From positions 3,008 through 67,007 of the forward strand of contig JACCTH010000043.1 of assembly GCA_013812505.1 (NCBI GenBank): 64,000 nt of DNA, given 5' to 3'. Position 1 is the stretch's first letter, and each line of letters begins with the position of its first letter. This stretch comes from Acidimicrobiia bacterium (GTDB lineage: Bacteria > Actinomycetota > Acidimicrobiia > Spongiisociales > ZC4RG35). The notes under the pieces are model-generated. The model was given only the letters and a program-made list of their open reading frames with translations, searched no databases and was not told the origin of the DNA. The translations under genes were made by a program, and so were the position numbers. This document shows, piece by piece, positions 52,702 to 61,802 of the stretch.

Positions 52702-54785
52702 CAGCTCACCATTTCCAGGGCGAAGGAATAGGGGGAGAAACCCGACTCGACAAAAACGTCATCGTCGTTGGCAACGCGCAGTATCACCTCTCCACGATCG
52801 TTGCGGAACCGGGCGAGGTCGATCACGTCCTGATCGGCCACCTCGACGAAGGTACGTCCCTCCCAGTCATACATATCGAGCAGGGCGGGCACTTCCCCAA
52901 AGTTCTGGTTCACCACCAGGGTCGGGTTGGCGATGCCGGCGGGGACTTCCCAACCCATCATCGCACTTCGCCCCTGCACATAGACATAGCCGGGTCCAAA
53001 GTCGATGAAGCTGGCGTCCTCGGCATCGAGCAGCTGCGAAGAGAGCGCGTTGCCTTCGACGGCCATCACTTCGGCCAAGTCGATCGGGACCACGACCAGG
53101 CTGGTGCCGGTGGCCTCCACACGGTCTCCGTCGACGACGAGCGAGACCGCGAGCTGATCGGTGAAACCGAAGAAGTAGGAATCGTGGTCGGTGGTCAGCG
53201 CGGCCGCCACCTGGCTCAAAGGACCAAGCCGGTTCCAGATGAACGGATCCTCCCAAAGCTGCATTTGATTGATGACCGCGTCGCCGACGGTGCCAAACTC
53301 GTTGAAGCCGTTCTGCCCTGGGACCAGCGAACGCGAGCCACTGCCGCCCGGCTCCAATGGATCATCTTCGACAACCACTCGACCGCGGGCGACCACTCCC
53401 CAGCTCCAAAAGCTGAGGTCGGTGGTGTTGGACACTTCCACTTCGAGCTGATTGCCGTCGGCCTTGGCATCAACTTGGGGGATGTCTGCTACCGAGCCTT
53501 GCCACCGGCTGGACAGGCCGGCCGCTCCCAGCTCACCCAGCTCGAAGCTGTAGCCGCCGGCGGGATCGACGCGGGCGTAAACCGAGGCCGTGTTTGGCAT
53601 GTTGAAGTCGGCGGTCGCCTCGGCCGGCACGGTGTCCCAGCCGTCAGCGGTGTTGAAGGTCCGATTTCCTTCACCACCGACGACCAGGACCGAGGCGGTG
53701 CGTCCTTCGACGCCCGTCTCGTTGGCAACGACTACTGACGCATGACTGACAACGTGCTCCTGGAGCCGCTCCCGGCCCGCGGTCCAGAAACCTAAGACGC
53801 CCGCGAGTGCCAGCACCGGGACTGTCGCCCAGGCGAACTCCCGCCGTCCGATTTTCTTCAGAATGGCGAAGTTGACTGGCCCGACAAGCACCGCATAGCC
53901 GAGCAAGGCGCCGAGGAGCCAGGGCAGCGAAGGCACCCGTTGGTCGCCACCGCTGATCGCGGACTGCATCAGTTGGATCTCGGGGCTTTGCCAGGTCTCG
54001 CGCGCTGCAAAGCGATATGGCACGGGTGAGAAGACGTGGGCCCATTGCTCATCGCCGAGCTGGGCGAGACCGTCGAGGGCCATGACCCAACCAGAGCCAA
54101 AGGGAAAGTTGCCCGTCCCGGTGGGAAGGTCGACCCCGAGCGCGCCGAGGTCCGCGGTGTCAACCACCAAGCGGCCGCCGCGACTTAGCCAGCTCACCGA
54201 CGCTTCTGGGAGCTCGGTTGGGTCGGCGAGCACCAAGTAACGCGCTGGGTCGAGCTCCTGACCGAGCTGATCGGCTGAAATCCCGACCCCGACCACGTCA
54301 CGTTCGGTGACCGCGGAGATCGATTCGTCGATGGTCTTGACCAGCTCATCGGGACCTACCACGGCAACGATCAGTTGGTCAGTCGCGACTTTGAGCGAGA
54401 GGTTGAGCGTGGCCGCCGGATCCTCGCTGGCTTCGGAAAGAAGGCGTAGTCGTACTTGGGGGTTGCCGACGGGGAGGCCGAGGCGAAGGTTATAGACCTT
54501 GGACCCACCGGCAGGTACCTCGATCGGGAGCACCTGGGTGACGGCTCCGAGCTTTGCTTCAAGGAGCCCGGCGAAAAGGACGTCGGTAGACACGGTGACG
54601 TCGACATCCATCGGCGTGAACCCGTCGACGAAACCTGCGAGCCCCGCTTCGGCTTCCATTCGGGTCGGCGGATCAGGGTTGGCCGGATCAGGGTTGGCCG
54701 GATCAGGGTTGGTCTGGGCGCCGAGCGGCAGGCCGATGCTCGCAAAGATGAAGGCGGCAGCAACTACGGCGAGCCGGCGGGGCAT
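52701..54785 (-). CDS. Large secreted/membrane protein of unknown function, first gene of the MoxR-VWA-ABC operon
   Basis: Signal-like start MPRRLAVVAAAFIFASIGLPLGAQT (ATG 54785), an NPDPA x3 repeat, and two central TM segments (LPWLLGALLGYAVLVGPV, WATVPVLALAGVLGFW). No recognisable catalytic motif. Confidence 0.68.
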   Translation of the reverse strand: MPRRLAVVAAAFIFASIGLPLGAQTNPDPANPDPANPDPPTRMEAEAGLAGFVDGFTPMDVDVTVSTDVLFAGLLEAKLGAVTQVLPIEVPAGGSKVYNLRLGLPVGNPQVRLRLLSEASEDPAATLNLSLKVATDQLIVAVVGPDELVKTIDESISAVTERDVVGVGISADQLGQELDPARYLVLADPTELPEASVSWLSRGGRLVVDTADLGALGVDLPTGTGNFPFGSGWVMALDGLAQLGDEQWAHVFSPVPYRFAARETWQSPEIQLMQSAISGGDQRVPSLPWLLGALLGYAVLVGPVNFAILKKIGRREFAWATVPVLALAGVLGFWTAGRERLQEHVVSHASVVVANETGVEGRTASVLVVGGEGNRTFNTADGWDTVPAEATADFNMPNTASVYARVDPAGGYSFELGELGAAGLSSRWQGSVADIPQVDAKADGNQLEVEVSNTTDLSFWSWGVVARGRVVVEDDPLEPGGSGSRSLVPGQNGFNEFGTVGDAVINQMQLWEDPFIWNRLGPLSQVAAALTTDHDSYFFGFTDQLAVSLVVDGDRVEATGTSLVVVPIDLAEVMAVEGNALSSQLLDAEDASFIDFGPGYVYVQGRSAMMGWEVPAGIANPTLVVNQNFGEVPALLDMYDWEGRTFVEVADQDVIDLARFRNDRGEVILRVANDDDVFVESGFSPYSFALEMVS
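54670..54714. repeat. 15-bp x3 tandem repeat (ggatcagggttggcc) encoding NPDPA x3
   Basis: Units at 54670, 54685 and 54700; the third is slightly diverged. Confidence 0.85.
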
Positions 54786-54837
54786 GTCAGTCAGACGTGC
54801 GGCCAAGCGCTCCGGTTCCAAGAAGACCTTTGCGGGG

Positions 54838-55449
54838 CTACTTCTTCGAGCTTTGGAAGTAGGGGTCAGAACCGGACGCATGATCCGTTACATCGACTAC
54901 TTCGCTCAGTTCCGAGATCGACTCTTTCAGAATCCGCTCGATGCCCTGTTTGAGGGTCACCGCCGCCATGCCGCAGCCCTGGCAGCCGCCGCTCAGCTTA
55001 AGGTAGGCGATCGTCCCGTCCACCGACACCAACTCTGCTCGCCCCCCGTGGGCGGCGATGGCTGGGTTCACTGCCTCGGCGATCACCTGGGAGACTTGTT
55101 CGGCGAGCGGACCTTCGAGGGTGCCTTGGGGGGCGGCCATCGCCGGGCTCGCGAGCGGCCGGTTGGGATTATCCATCGCCAGGCCGTCGGGACCGATCGA
55201 TAGCGAGGCGCCCCGCAGGGGTTCGACGCTTTGTTGGGGGATCAGGATGGCAAGGTCGCCATGCCGTTCGAGATGATGGCCTTCGTCTTCGTCGTCGATC
55301 GGCACGAAGGCCAACTCGTAGGCGTACTGGCCCTGGCGAGTGCCGGTGACCTCGATCAACAAGGCCACCTCGGACTCCCCTGGCTCCTGGTCGCGCAGCC
55401 CGATGATCATCCCGAGGGCTTCCGTCGCGACGGAGAGCACGTTTTCCAC
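54838..55449 (-). CDS. NfuA/NifU-like Fe-S cluster carrier
   Basis: C-terminal Nfu domain: IAAHGGRAELVSVDG..AYLKLSGGCQGCGMAAVTLKQGIE. N-terminal IscA-like fold without Cys. Confidence 0.78.
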   Translation of the reverse strand: MENVLSVATEALGMIIGLRDQEPGESEVALLIEVTGTRQGQYAYELAFVPIDDEDEGHHLERHGDLAILIPQQSVEPLRGASLSIGPDGLAMDNPNRPLASPAMAAPQGTLEGPLAEQVSQVIAEAVNPAIAAHGGRAELVSVDGTIAYLKLSGGCQGCGMAAVTLKQGIERILKESISELSEVVDVTDHASGSDPYFQSSKK

Positions 55450-55480
55450 GGGCTAATTCTATCTCGTAGCCTCAGATGAC

Positions 55481-56671
55481 GTGCCTCGGGTCCTTCTGAT
55501 CGTCCCCACCGGCTCATATCGCGCGGCGGACTTCTTTGCCGCTGCCGAAGCATTGGGCGTCGAAGTGGCGGTGGCAGCCGAGCAGCCGTTGCCGCTGGTC
55601 GAGCCTGAGCGCTTTCTGACGATTGATTGCAACGATCCGGAAGGAGCCGCCAGGTCGATCGTCGAGCTGGCTGCGCGGACGCCTATCGACTCCATCATCC
55701 CAATCGACGACGCCGGAGTGGTGATTGCGGCCATCGCCTCCGCCGAGCTGGGGCTTCCCCACAATCCCCCCCAAGCGGCGCGGGCCACCCGCGACAAGAG
55801 CCTGATGAGACGTTTGCTCGACATCGGCGAGGTAAATCAGCCCCGCTCGCGGGTGGTCGAGGTCGCCCGGCCCGACCCCGGTGATCTGGCTTTCCCGTTG
55901 GTAGTCAAACCGCTGGCGCTGGCGGGAAGCAAGGGCGTGATCAAAGTCGATTCTCCCGCTCAACTGGCGTCGATTGTGTCGCGCGTTGGCGCGATCGCTT
56001 CCGCGGACGTGGTGCTCTTGGAGGAATTCGTGCCAGGGCCCGAAGTGGCGGTGGAGGGCATCGTCTGGCAGGGCAACCTCGAGGTCCTGGCGGTCTTCGA
56101 TAAGCCCGACCCGCTTACAGGTCCTTACTTCGAAGAGACCATCTACGTCACGCCGAGCCGGCTCCCGCAAAGCACCCAAACCGAGATAACCAGGGTGACC
56201 GAAGAAGCGGTGGCCGCCCTCGGCCTCGTCGAAGGCCCAATCCATGCCGAGCTGCGAGTCGCCGGTCCCCACGATGTCAAGGTGATCGAAGTCGCGGCCC
56301 GCTCGATCGGAGGCGTGTGCGGCCGTTCGCTCTCCTTCGGATTGCTCGAGACCTCGCTTGAAGCTCTCATCCTGAGACACGCCCTTGGTCGACACCGTTC
56401 GACCCAACGGCGCGGCCGCCCCACGGGAGTCATGATGATCCCGACTCCGGCCAGCGGCGTTCTTGAAGGTTGGAGCGGGGTCGACGAGGCCAAGGACATT
56501 CCGGGTATCGAAAGCGTGGAAATCGCGGCGCCCATCGGCAGCACCATCCGGATGGTCCCGGAAGCGGACCGATATCTCGGATTTATCTTTGCGAAGGGAT
56601 CTGACCCGGCCGAGGTGGAGTCAGCGCTTCGCAAGGCACACGACTGCCTCCGCTTTGAGATCAGAGGCTGA
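55481..56671 (+). CDS. ATP-grasp domain protein (ligase of unknown specificity)
   Basis: 396 aa. A pre-ATP-grasp N-domain, then DKSLMRRLL...FPLVVKPLALAGSKGV...LLEEFVPGPEVAVEG...EVAARSIGG. Confidence 0.78.
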   Translation: MPRVLLIVPTGSYRAADFFAAAEALGVEVAVAAEQPLPLVEPERFLTIDCNDPEGAARSIVELAARTPIDSIIPIDDAGVVIAAIASAELGLPHNPPQAARATRDKSLMRRLLDIGEVNQPRSRVVEVARPDPGDLAFPLVVKPLALAGSKGVIKVDSPAQLASIVSRVGAIASADVVLLEEFVPGPEVAVEGIVWQGNLEVLAVFDKPDPLTGPYFEETIYVTPSRLPQSTQTEITRVTEEAVAALGLVEGPIHAELRVAGPHDVKVIEVAARSIGGVCGRSLSFGLLETSLEALILRHALGRHRSTQRRGRPTGVMMIPTPASGVLEGWSGVDEAKDIPGIESVEIAAPIGSTIRMVPEADRYLGFIFAKGSDPAEVESALRKAHDCLRFEIRG

Positions 56672-57743
56672 GCACGCCCTGGATCGCCTCCATCCGACGG
56701 ACCCGATCCATCGTTACCGAACTCGTCCCATCGAGCAGCGCGGTCGTTTCCTCCAGCACATCCGCGATCGGAAACAGCCGGATCCAACTGTCGCTGGTCG
56801 GGTCTCCGGCCTCGGTGTGGTTCCAGCCGACCATCCGATCGGTGACTCCCGATAGGACCGCCTCCACCGCTACCAGGCCGAACCGTCCCGCGAGGAGCCG
56901 ATCGCGAAAGCTGGCGTTGCCCCCTCGAACCAAGTGGCCAAGAACGGTGCTGCGAACTTCGATGTCGGGAGGGACCACCTTCTCGACCTCGTCGAGCAGC
57001 TCGTGAGTCGTGATGTCGACACCTTCCGCTTTGAGAATCAGCACCCTGGTCTTGTCGCGAGCCTGGCCGAAGCTCTCGACGATGCACTCGATGACTGCCT
57101 TCACCACCTCCTCGCGGTTTCGCCGATGCTCGGGGAGCAACACCCCGTCTGCTGCGGTGGCGACCGCGGCCGCCATCGCGAGATAGCCCGACTGGCGGCC
57201 CATCACCTCAACAATGAAAGCTCGATGGTGGCTGCGGGCAGTGTCGGTGATGCGGTCGCACGCGTCGATGATTGTGTTGAGGGCGGTGTCGACTCCGAGT
57301 GCCTCGCGACTGAGACCGATGTCGTTGTCGATCGAGGCCGGGATCCCCACTACCGGGATCGAGCTCTCTTGAGCGAGGACATGAGCCCCGGCAAGTGAGC
57401 CGTTCCCACCAATCACAATAAGGCCCTCGACCGAGTAGCTGTTCAGCTGAGCGACAGCTTGCGCTCTGCCTTCTCGGGTGTGGAAGCGAGGGCTACGGGA
57501 GGAGCCGAGGACGGTGCCGCCGAGGCTCCCCATCGCCTCGACATCTCCGACCGGGGTTAGGTTCTTGTTTTTGGCGTTGAGTCGGGTCAGCGGCCGAAAG
57601 TTGCCGTCGATCAACCCGTCATAACCCATCTCGACTCCCCAGACCGAAACGCCGCGCGAGGCGGCGACCTTCGTCACCGCGCGGATGGCCGCGTTCATCC
57701 CGGGGGCGTCCCCGCCCGAGGTCAGGACCGCAATCGCAGACAT
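56661..57743 (-). CDS. pfkA: 6-phosphofructokinase
   Basis: IAVLTSGGDAPGMNAAIRAV, IGGNGSL, GIPASIDND, MGRQSGYLA. Confidence 0.92.
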   Translation of the reverse strand: MSAIAVLTSGGDAPGMNAAIRAVTKVAASRGVSVWGVEMGYDGLIDGNFRPLTRLNAKNKNLTPVGDVEAMGSLGGTVLGSSRSPRFHTREGRAQAVAQLNSYSVEGLIVIGGNGSLAGAHVLAQESSIPVVGIPASIDNDIGLSREALGVDTALNTIIDACDRITDTARSHHRAFIVEVMGRQSGYLAMAAAVATAADGVLLPEHRRNREEVVKAVIECIVESFGQARDKTRVLILKAEGVDITTHELLDEVEKVVPPDIEVRSTVLGHLVRGGNASFRDRLLAGRFGLVAVEAVLSGVTDRMVGWNHTEAGDPTSDSWIRLFPIADVLEETTALLDGTSSVTMDRVRRMEAIQGVLSL

Positions 57744-57815
57744 TGGTAGTCAGGCAGCGTAGAACTGGGCGGGCAGAAACCTTCCGCCAATACGGCGTAT
57801 TCCGCCGCCAAAGAG

Positions 57816-59054
57816 TTAGGGCGATCTCCCGCTGGTGGTGTATTGGTGGCCGGTGCGGCTTTGGAAGAGGTAGTCGCCATTGGGGATGGGTCGATAACTC
57901 CATTGGCCTTGGTGGCGCAGGATGTGGTGGTGGCGACAGAACGGGCCGAGATGATCGGTGCGGGTGGGTCCCCCTTTGGCCCATTCGATGCGATGGTCGA
58001 GATCGGCTCTGATCGCCGGGGCCCGACAGCCGGGGTGGATACAGGTGGGGTTGAGCGCCTCCACCCGCCGTCTTTGGGCCGAGGTCGGTCTTCTCCGCAC
58101 CAGCCCGTTGGTCAAGGGGTGGCTGCCGGTGGCATCGTCGAGGGTCCAGCGCCACTCGCCTTGGTGTTGTTGGGCGGCGATCTGGCGGGCGATGTCGGCG
58201 ATCACCGGCCCATACCCGACCAGCTCGCCGGGATGCTGGTTGAGCTCGGCCAGGGTGGCCAGATCGACGTGGAGATGGATGACCCCCGGCTTCTTCCCCT
58301 CCCCACCTTTTAAGAGCAGGTCCAAGTAGACATCGGCCCGGAGCTCATTGAGGGTGCGGTGGTCCCCGGGGATCCGGGCTACCTCGGCCAAAGAACAGAT
58401 CCGGGCCATGGCCTTGACTGCCAGCTCGGGGGGAAGATCCAAAGCGGAGAGATGGGCGGTGCCCTCGACGGTGCCCTCGAGCTGCACTCGGCGATTCTTC
58501 ACCGCCTCCTCGTAGCGCCTCTGGGCGGCTCCGGGGTCGTGGGCCAGACCGCGCTTGCGCAACACCGCTTCGAGCTGGGTGGGAGTCGACCTCGCTGCAA
58601 GCTCGGCCAACTCGGTGACCAACTCGGAGGCGGTCTCGGGGTCGAGATGACAGGTCCCCCGGGCCAACACCCTTGCCCGGCGGAGATCGATCCGTCCCTG
58701 CCGGAGCAGCTCCCCGATCCGGGGAAGACGGGAATGGATCTCGAGGGCCAGGTCGAGCTCGTATTCCGCCGCTCGGCGGGTGAGATGCAAAGGGGCGGCG
58801 ATCTCGGAAGCGGTGCCGTCCCAGGCCAGCTCGAAATCCCCGTCCTCGAAGATGAAGGCGGCATAGAGGGAAGCGATCTGCTCGTAAGCCTGGGCTTGAT
58901 AGTGGGCCACCTGCCGTTGGCAGGCCGCCAATACGCTCACCCGGTCAAAAGGAGAAAGTGAGTCCGCTTCGACCTGGGCCAACGCGGTCGCCAGCTCGAC
59001 ACCCGGTTCCAACCCCTCCAACCCCTCCATGACCCCTACCCCACTTTCCATCAC
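57816..59054 (-). CDS. DUF222-type HNH endonuclease (13E12-repeat-like family)
   Basis: 412 aa. C-terminal CIHPGCRAPAIRADLDHRIEWAKGGPTRTDHLGPFCRHHHILRH is an HNH motif. The long helical N-terminal region is typical of actinobacterial DUF222 proteins. Confidence 0.82.
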   Translation of the reverse strand: MMESGVGVMEGLEGLEPGVELATALAQVEADSLSPFDRVSVLAACQRQVAHYQAQAYEQIASLYAAFIFEDGDFELAWDGTASEIAAPLHLTRRAAEYELDLALEIHSRLPRIGELLRQGRIDLRRARVLARGTCHLDPETASELVTELAELAARSTPTQLEAVLRKRGLAHDPGAAQRRYEEAVKNRRVQLEGTVEGTAHLSALDLPPELAVKAMARICSLAEVARIPGDHRTLNELRADVYLDLLLKGGEGKKPGVIHLHVDLATLAELNQHPGELVGYGPVIADIARQIAAQQHQGEWRWTLDDATGSHPLTNGLVRRRPTSAQRRRVEALNPTCIHPGCRAPAIRADLDHRIEWAKGGPTRTDHLGPFCRHHHILRHQGQWSYRPIPNGDYLFQSRTGHQYTTSGRSP

Positions 59055-59276
59055 CCTCGACTATATCGAACAAACGTTCGACTGTCAAGGGCTTTCTCAT
59101 CGGGAAATCCTTGAATCGATGGAACGAGATTGGAAGAAGAGATGCCTGGTGTGTCACGAGACCATCCACCGGTCTCTCGGGTTGGGTCGGGAGTTGCATC
59201 TTGCTCTCCGCGCCAGCGGGGCCCGTTGTCGATGTGTCTATCGACCCGGAGGTCGAGGGAAGTCGAGGATGCGGTG

Positions 59277-59357
59277 ACGATCTCAGCGCGGTCCGCCGCG
59301 GTCGAGGATCGGGCAGTCCCGGGCCACTGGGAAGGAGATCACATCATCGGCCAAGGG
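59277..59357 (+). pseudogene. Relic of an IS30-family transposase (about 27 codons)
   Basis: TISARSAAVEDRAVPGHWEGDHIIGQG matches the conserved IS30 segment (..ISERPxEVEDRxVPGHWEGDLIxG). No intact transposase ORF or inverted repeats were found around it. Confidence 0.6.
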
Positions 59358-59474
59358 ATAGCAACTCTCCGGTCTGGGCCCCACCGAGCCGAAACGCGAA
59401 AATCATAAGTCGCCAGTCTTCCGCCGAAGCCTTGATTACACCTAGCCTATCGACAAAATCGGCACAAGGCGCAA

Positions 59475-60632
59475 ATGCAGTCTCATGGCAGGAACTACCG
59501 ACAACCCCGTCGTGATTTCGCGGCCAAGGCGCTTTTTGCTTTATCGGTGTGCCTGTTAGGTCTGACGCAGTCTGACATCGCGCATACCTACGAGATCACG
59601 ACTGACGACACCGGCTATTGCGGCGACGGTCAATTCAATTACTTCTTTTCGGATATCGGAGATGCGGCGTGGATTCCCCAACTGAGAAGCGAGGTTAATG
59701 CAGCAGCGGACCTTTGGGAGATTGAGCGCGAGTACACGGGGAACTCCCTCGTGGTTCTCAACGAAGGATTGAGTGGTTGGTCGCTTAGACTGGTCGACCT
59801 AATTGGTGGGGACCCGACCGTACAGGGGCGCACAATCTGTGCCACTAAGGTGATCCAAATTCGATCGGACCTGACCGGAAACCTACTGCGGGATGTTGCG
59901 AGTCATGAGTTCGGCCACGCCCTGGGGTTTTACCATACCGGAATGTTCGACTCCGATGACGGCAGGACTCCACTCATGGCGACCTGCCTGGACCCGCCGG
60001 GCACCGATGTCAGATCATTCTCAAATGACGACGCCGGCGTCATACAGAAAGAGCTCTCAAATTCGGGCGGCGCCGCCGGGAGCCTTCACGCCAATTGGGG
60101 CTTCGAAAGGTGGTCAGGCAACATCCCTCTGTATTGGACGTTCTCTCTGACCCACTCCAAGGTGAAGCTCACGACCGGCCAGCAGTTCGGGACCGCCGCC
60201 TTGGGATGGAAGCCGCTTGAGGACAGCGCCCATGTTGCTCAGCGCGTGACTCTGCATCGGCAGGCGCAAACATTGACCGCCAGAGCGAGCGTAAATCGAC
60301 AATCGCCTGGAACCATCCTCGGGTCCGTCAGCGTCATAATCGATTGGAGACGACGCGATTATGCGGCTGTGGAGCCTGGCAGCTGTGCTGAAGGGAACTA
60401 CCCGACGGGCCGTGATCAAAACGAGGTGACATTTCTTGGCGAGTGGGCCGTCCTGGCTAGCGGTTCGTTCATCCCGACGACGACGTGGGTCAGCATGGAT
60501 TTTGCCTCGGCCCCGATGCCATCGGCGGGTGATGCCATCGACATTCGAATTCGCGCCGTCAGCAGCGTCAAGGGCACGGACGGACAGTTCCGACAGATCA
60601 ACTTTGACAACACTCGGGTGTGGGAATCATGA
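59475..60632 (+). CDS. Secreted metzincin metalloprotease (matrixin-like zinc site) with ~200-aa C-terminal domain
   Basis: Signal-like AKALFALSVCLLGLTQS. HEFGHALGFYH is HExxHxxGxxH, followed by a candidate Met-turn PLMAT. Hand-counted GC is about 50-53%. Confidence 0.8.
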   Translation: MQSHGRNYRQPRRDFAAKALFALSVCLLGLTQSDIAHTYEITTDDTGYCGDGQFNYFFSDIGDAAWIPQLRSEVNAAADLWEIEREYTGNSLVVLNEGLSGWSLRLVDLIGGDPTVQGRTICATKVIQIRSDLTGNLLRDVASHEFGHALGFYHTGMFDSDDGRTPLMATCLDPPGTDVRSFSNDDAGVIQKELSNSGGAAGSLHANWGFERWSGNIPLYWTFSLTHSKVKLTTGQQFGTAALGWKPLEDSAHVAQRVTLHRQAQTLTARASVNRQSPGTILGSVSVIIDWRRRDYAAVEPGSCAEGNYPTGRDQNEVTFLGEWAVLASGSFIPTTTWVSMDFASAPMPSAGDAIDIRIRAVSSVKGTDGQFRQINFDNTRVWES

Positions 60633-61732
60633 ATCGAAGACTTGCAAGGCTTTCTGGGTTCGTGGCTCTGTTCGCTCTGTATGCCTGCGGACAACCTGTC
60701 GGCCAGGGCAACCTCCCGAACCCGGATTGGGGGCAATGCGGCGGGCTAGGGAAACCAGAAGTCGCACTAAGAAACGTCCTGACCATTCCGGACATAGGCT
60801 GGCTGCATATTTCGGCTTCATATGCGGAGACCGCATTGGCTGGTGCTGAGACGCACGCATCGGGAGACTTGATCATCGATACCACCGGCGCCGAGCCTGT
60901 TACCGACCACGCCGTGCCCGAGAGACTCAGGTTGCACTTCTTAGTTGTAGAGCACACGCGGGAGGCGGTGGGTTTGGGAGCGGACCTGATGGTGGGATAC
61001 CTTCTTAAGAATTCATTCGCCTCAACGGAGGTCGTACTGGCGCTGATGTCCTCGACCGACACCGCCACCCTCCTGTTGCCGTGCTCGGTCGAGCAGACCG
61101 AGCAGATCAGGGTCGCTGCCGTCGCCAGCGGCGTTAACTCCGAGATCGAGTTCGTCGAGCGAGCGGCGGTGCCGGGATCGGCGGAACAAGGCTTTATCCC
61201 CCAGCCGGTGGAGCCAACTCCGGACATCGATCTGCCCACCTGGTACGAGCTCGACCCCAACCAGCGCTCCCTCGACCCCTCCGATGCTCCCCCCGAGATC
61301 GGCGAGCAGCTCAGATACGTCCCTCTGCTAGTGCAATGGCCCAGCACCTGGAGCGGAGTTCCGGGGCGGGTCTGTGCCCGCAACCCGCTCGGGTGGGCGG
61401 GGATCTGTGTCGAGACCGACAACCCCTCGCCGATCGCCATTCTCTACCTGGTGATTGCCGAGGGAGAACCCGCCGAGATCTGGATCAAAACCCCAACCGG
61501 TCAAGCGCCGGAGGGATTGGTCTTGCTCGCTTCCTTCGAGCCGGACGTGTTGGCGGCGATCCCCAAGGGAAGCGCGGTCTCGGTCTCGCTCGGCGGCAAG
61601 CCCACCAGCGCCGAGGAGGCGCAAGCCCTGGTCTCCTCCGGGGAGGTCGTGGTCGAGGTGCTCGAATCCGCCGAGGCGGACGCACTGGTAATCGAGCTCA
61701 TGCCCCCAGGTGTCCCGGTCGAAGGTCCTTGA
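60629..61732 (+). CDS. Lipoprotein, unknown function
   Basis: MNRRLARLSGFVALFALYACGQP contains a lipobox (LYAC). ATGA overlap with the metzincin stop. Confidence 0.68.
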   Translation: MNRRLARLSGFVALFALYACGQPVGQGNLPNPDWGQCGGLGKPEVALRNVLTIPDIGWLHISASYAETALAGAETHASGDLIIDTTGAEPVTDHAVPERLRLHFLVVEHTREAVGLGADLMVGYLLKNSFASTEVVLALMSSTDTATLLLPCSVEQTEQIRVAAVASGVNSEIEFVERAAVPGSAEQGFIPQPVEPTPDIDLPTWYELDPNQRSLDPSDAPPEIGEQLRYVPLLVQWPSTWSGVPGRVCARNPLGWAGICVETDNPSPIAILYLVIAEGEPAEIWIKTPTGQAPEGLVLLASFEPDVLAAIPKGSAVSVSLGGKPTSAEEAQALVSSGEVVVEVLESAEADALVIELMPPGVPVEGP

Positions 61733-61802
61733 GCGGTAGGGATCGGCGAGCCAACTAGACACCTACCGGAATTTCGATACTGACGAAGCGTAGGATCAGG
61801 GC

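Noticed and set aside
59029-59277. 82-aa ORF containing QGLSHREI, considered as a possible IS30 HTH remnant
   Set aside because: The similarity is too weak to support, and part of the ORF overlaps the 5' end of the HNH gene.
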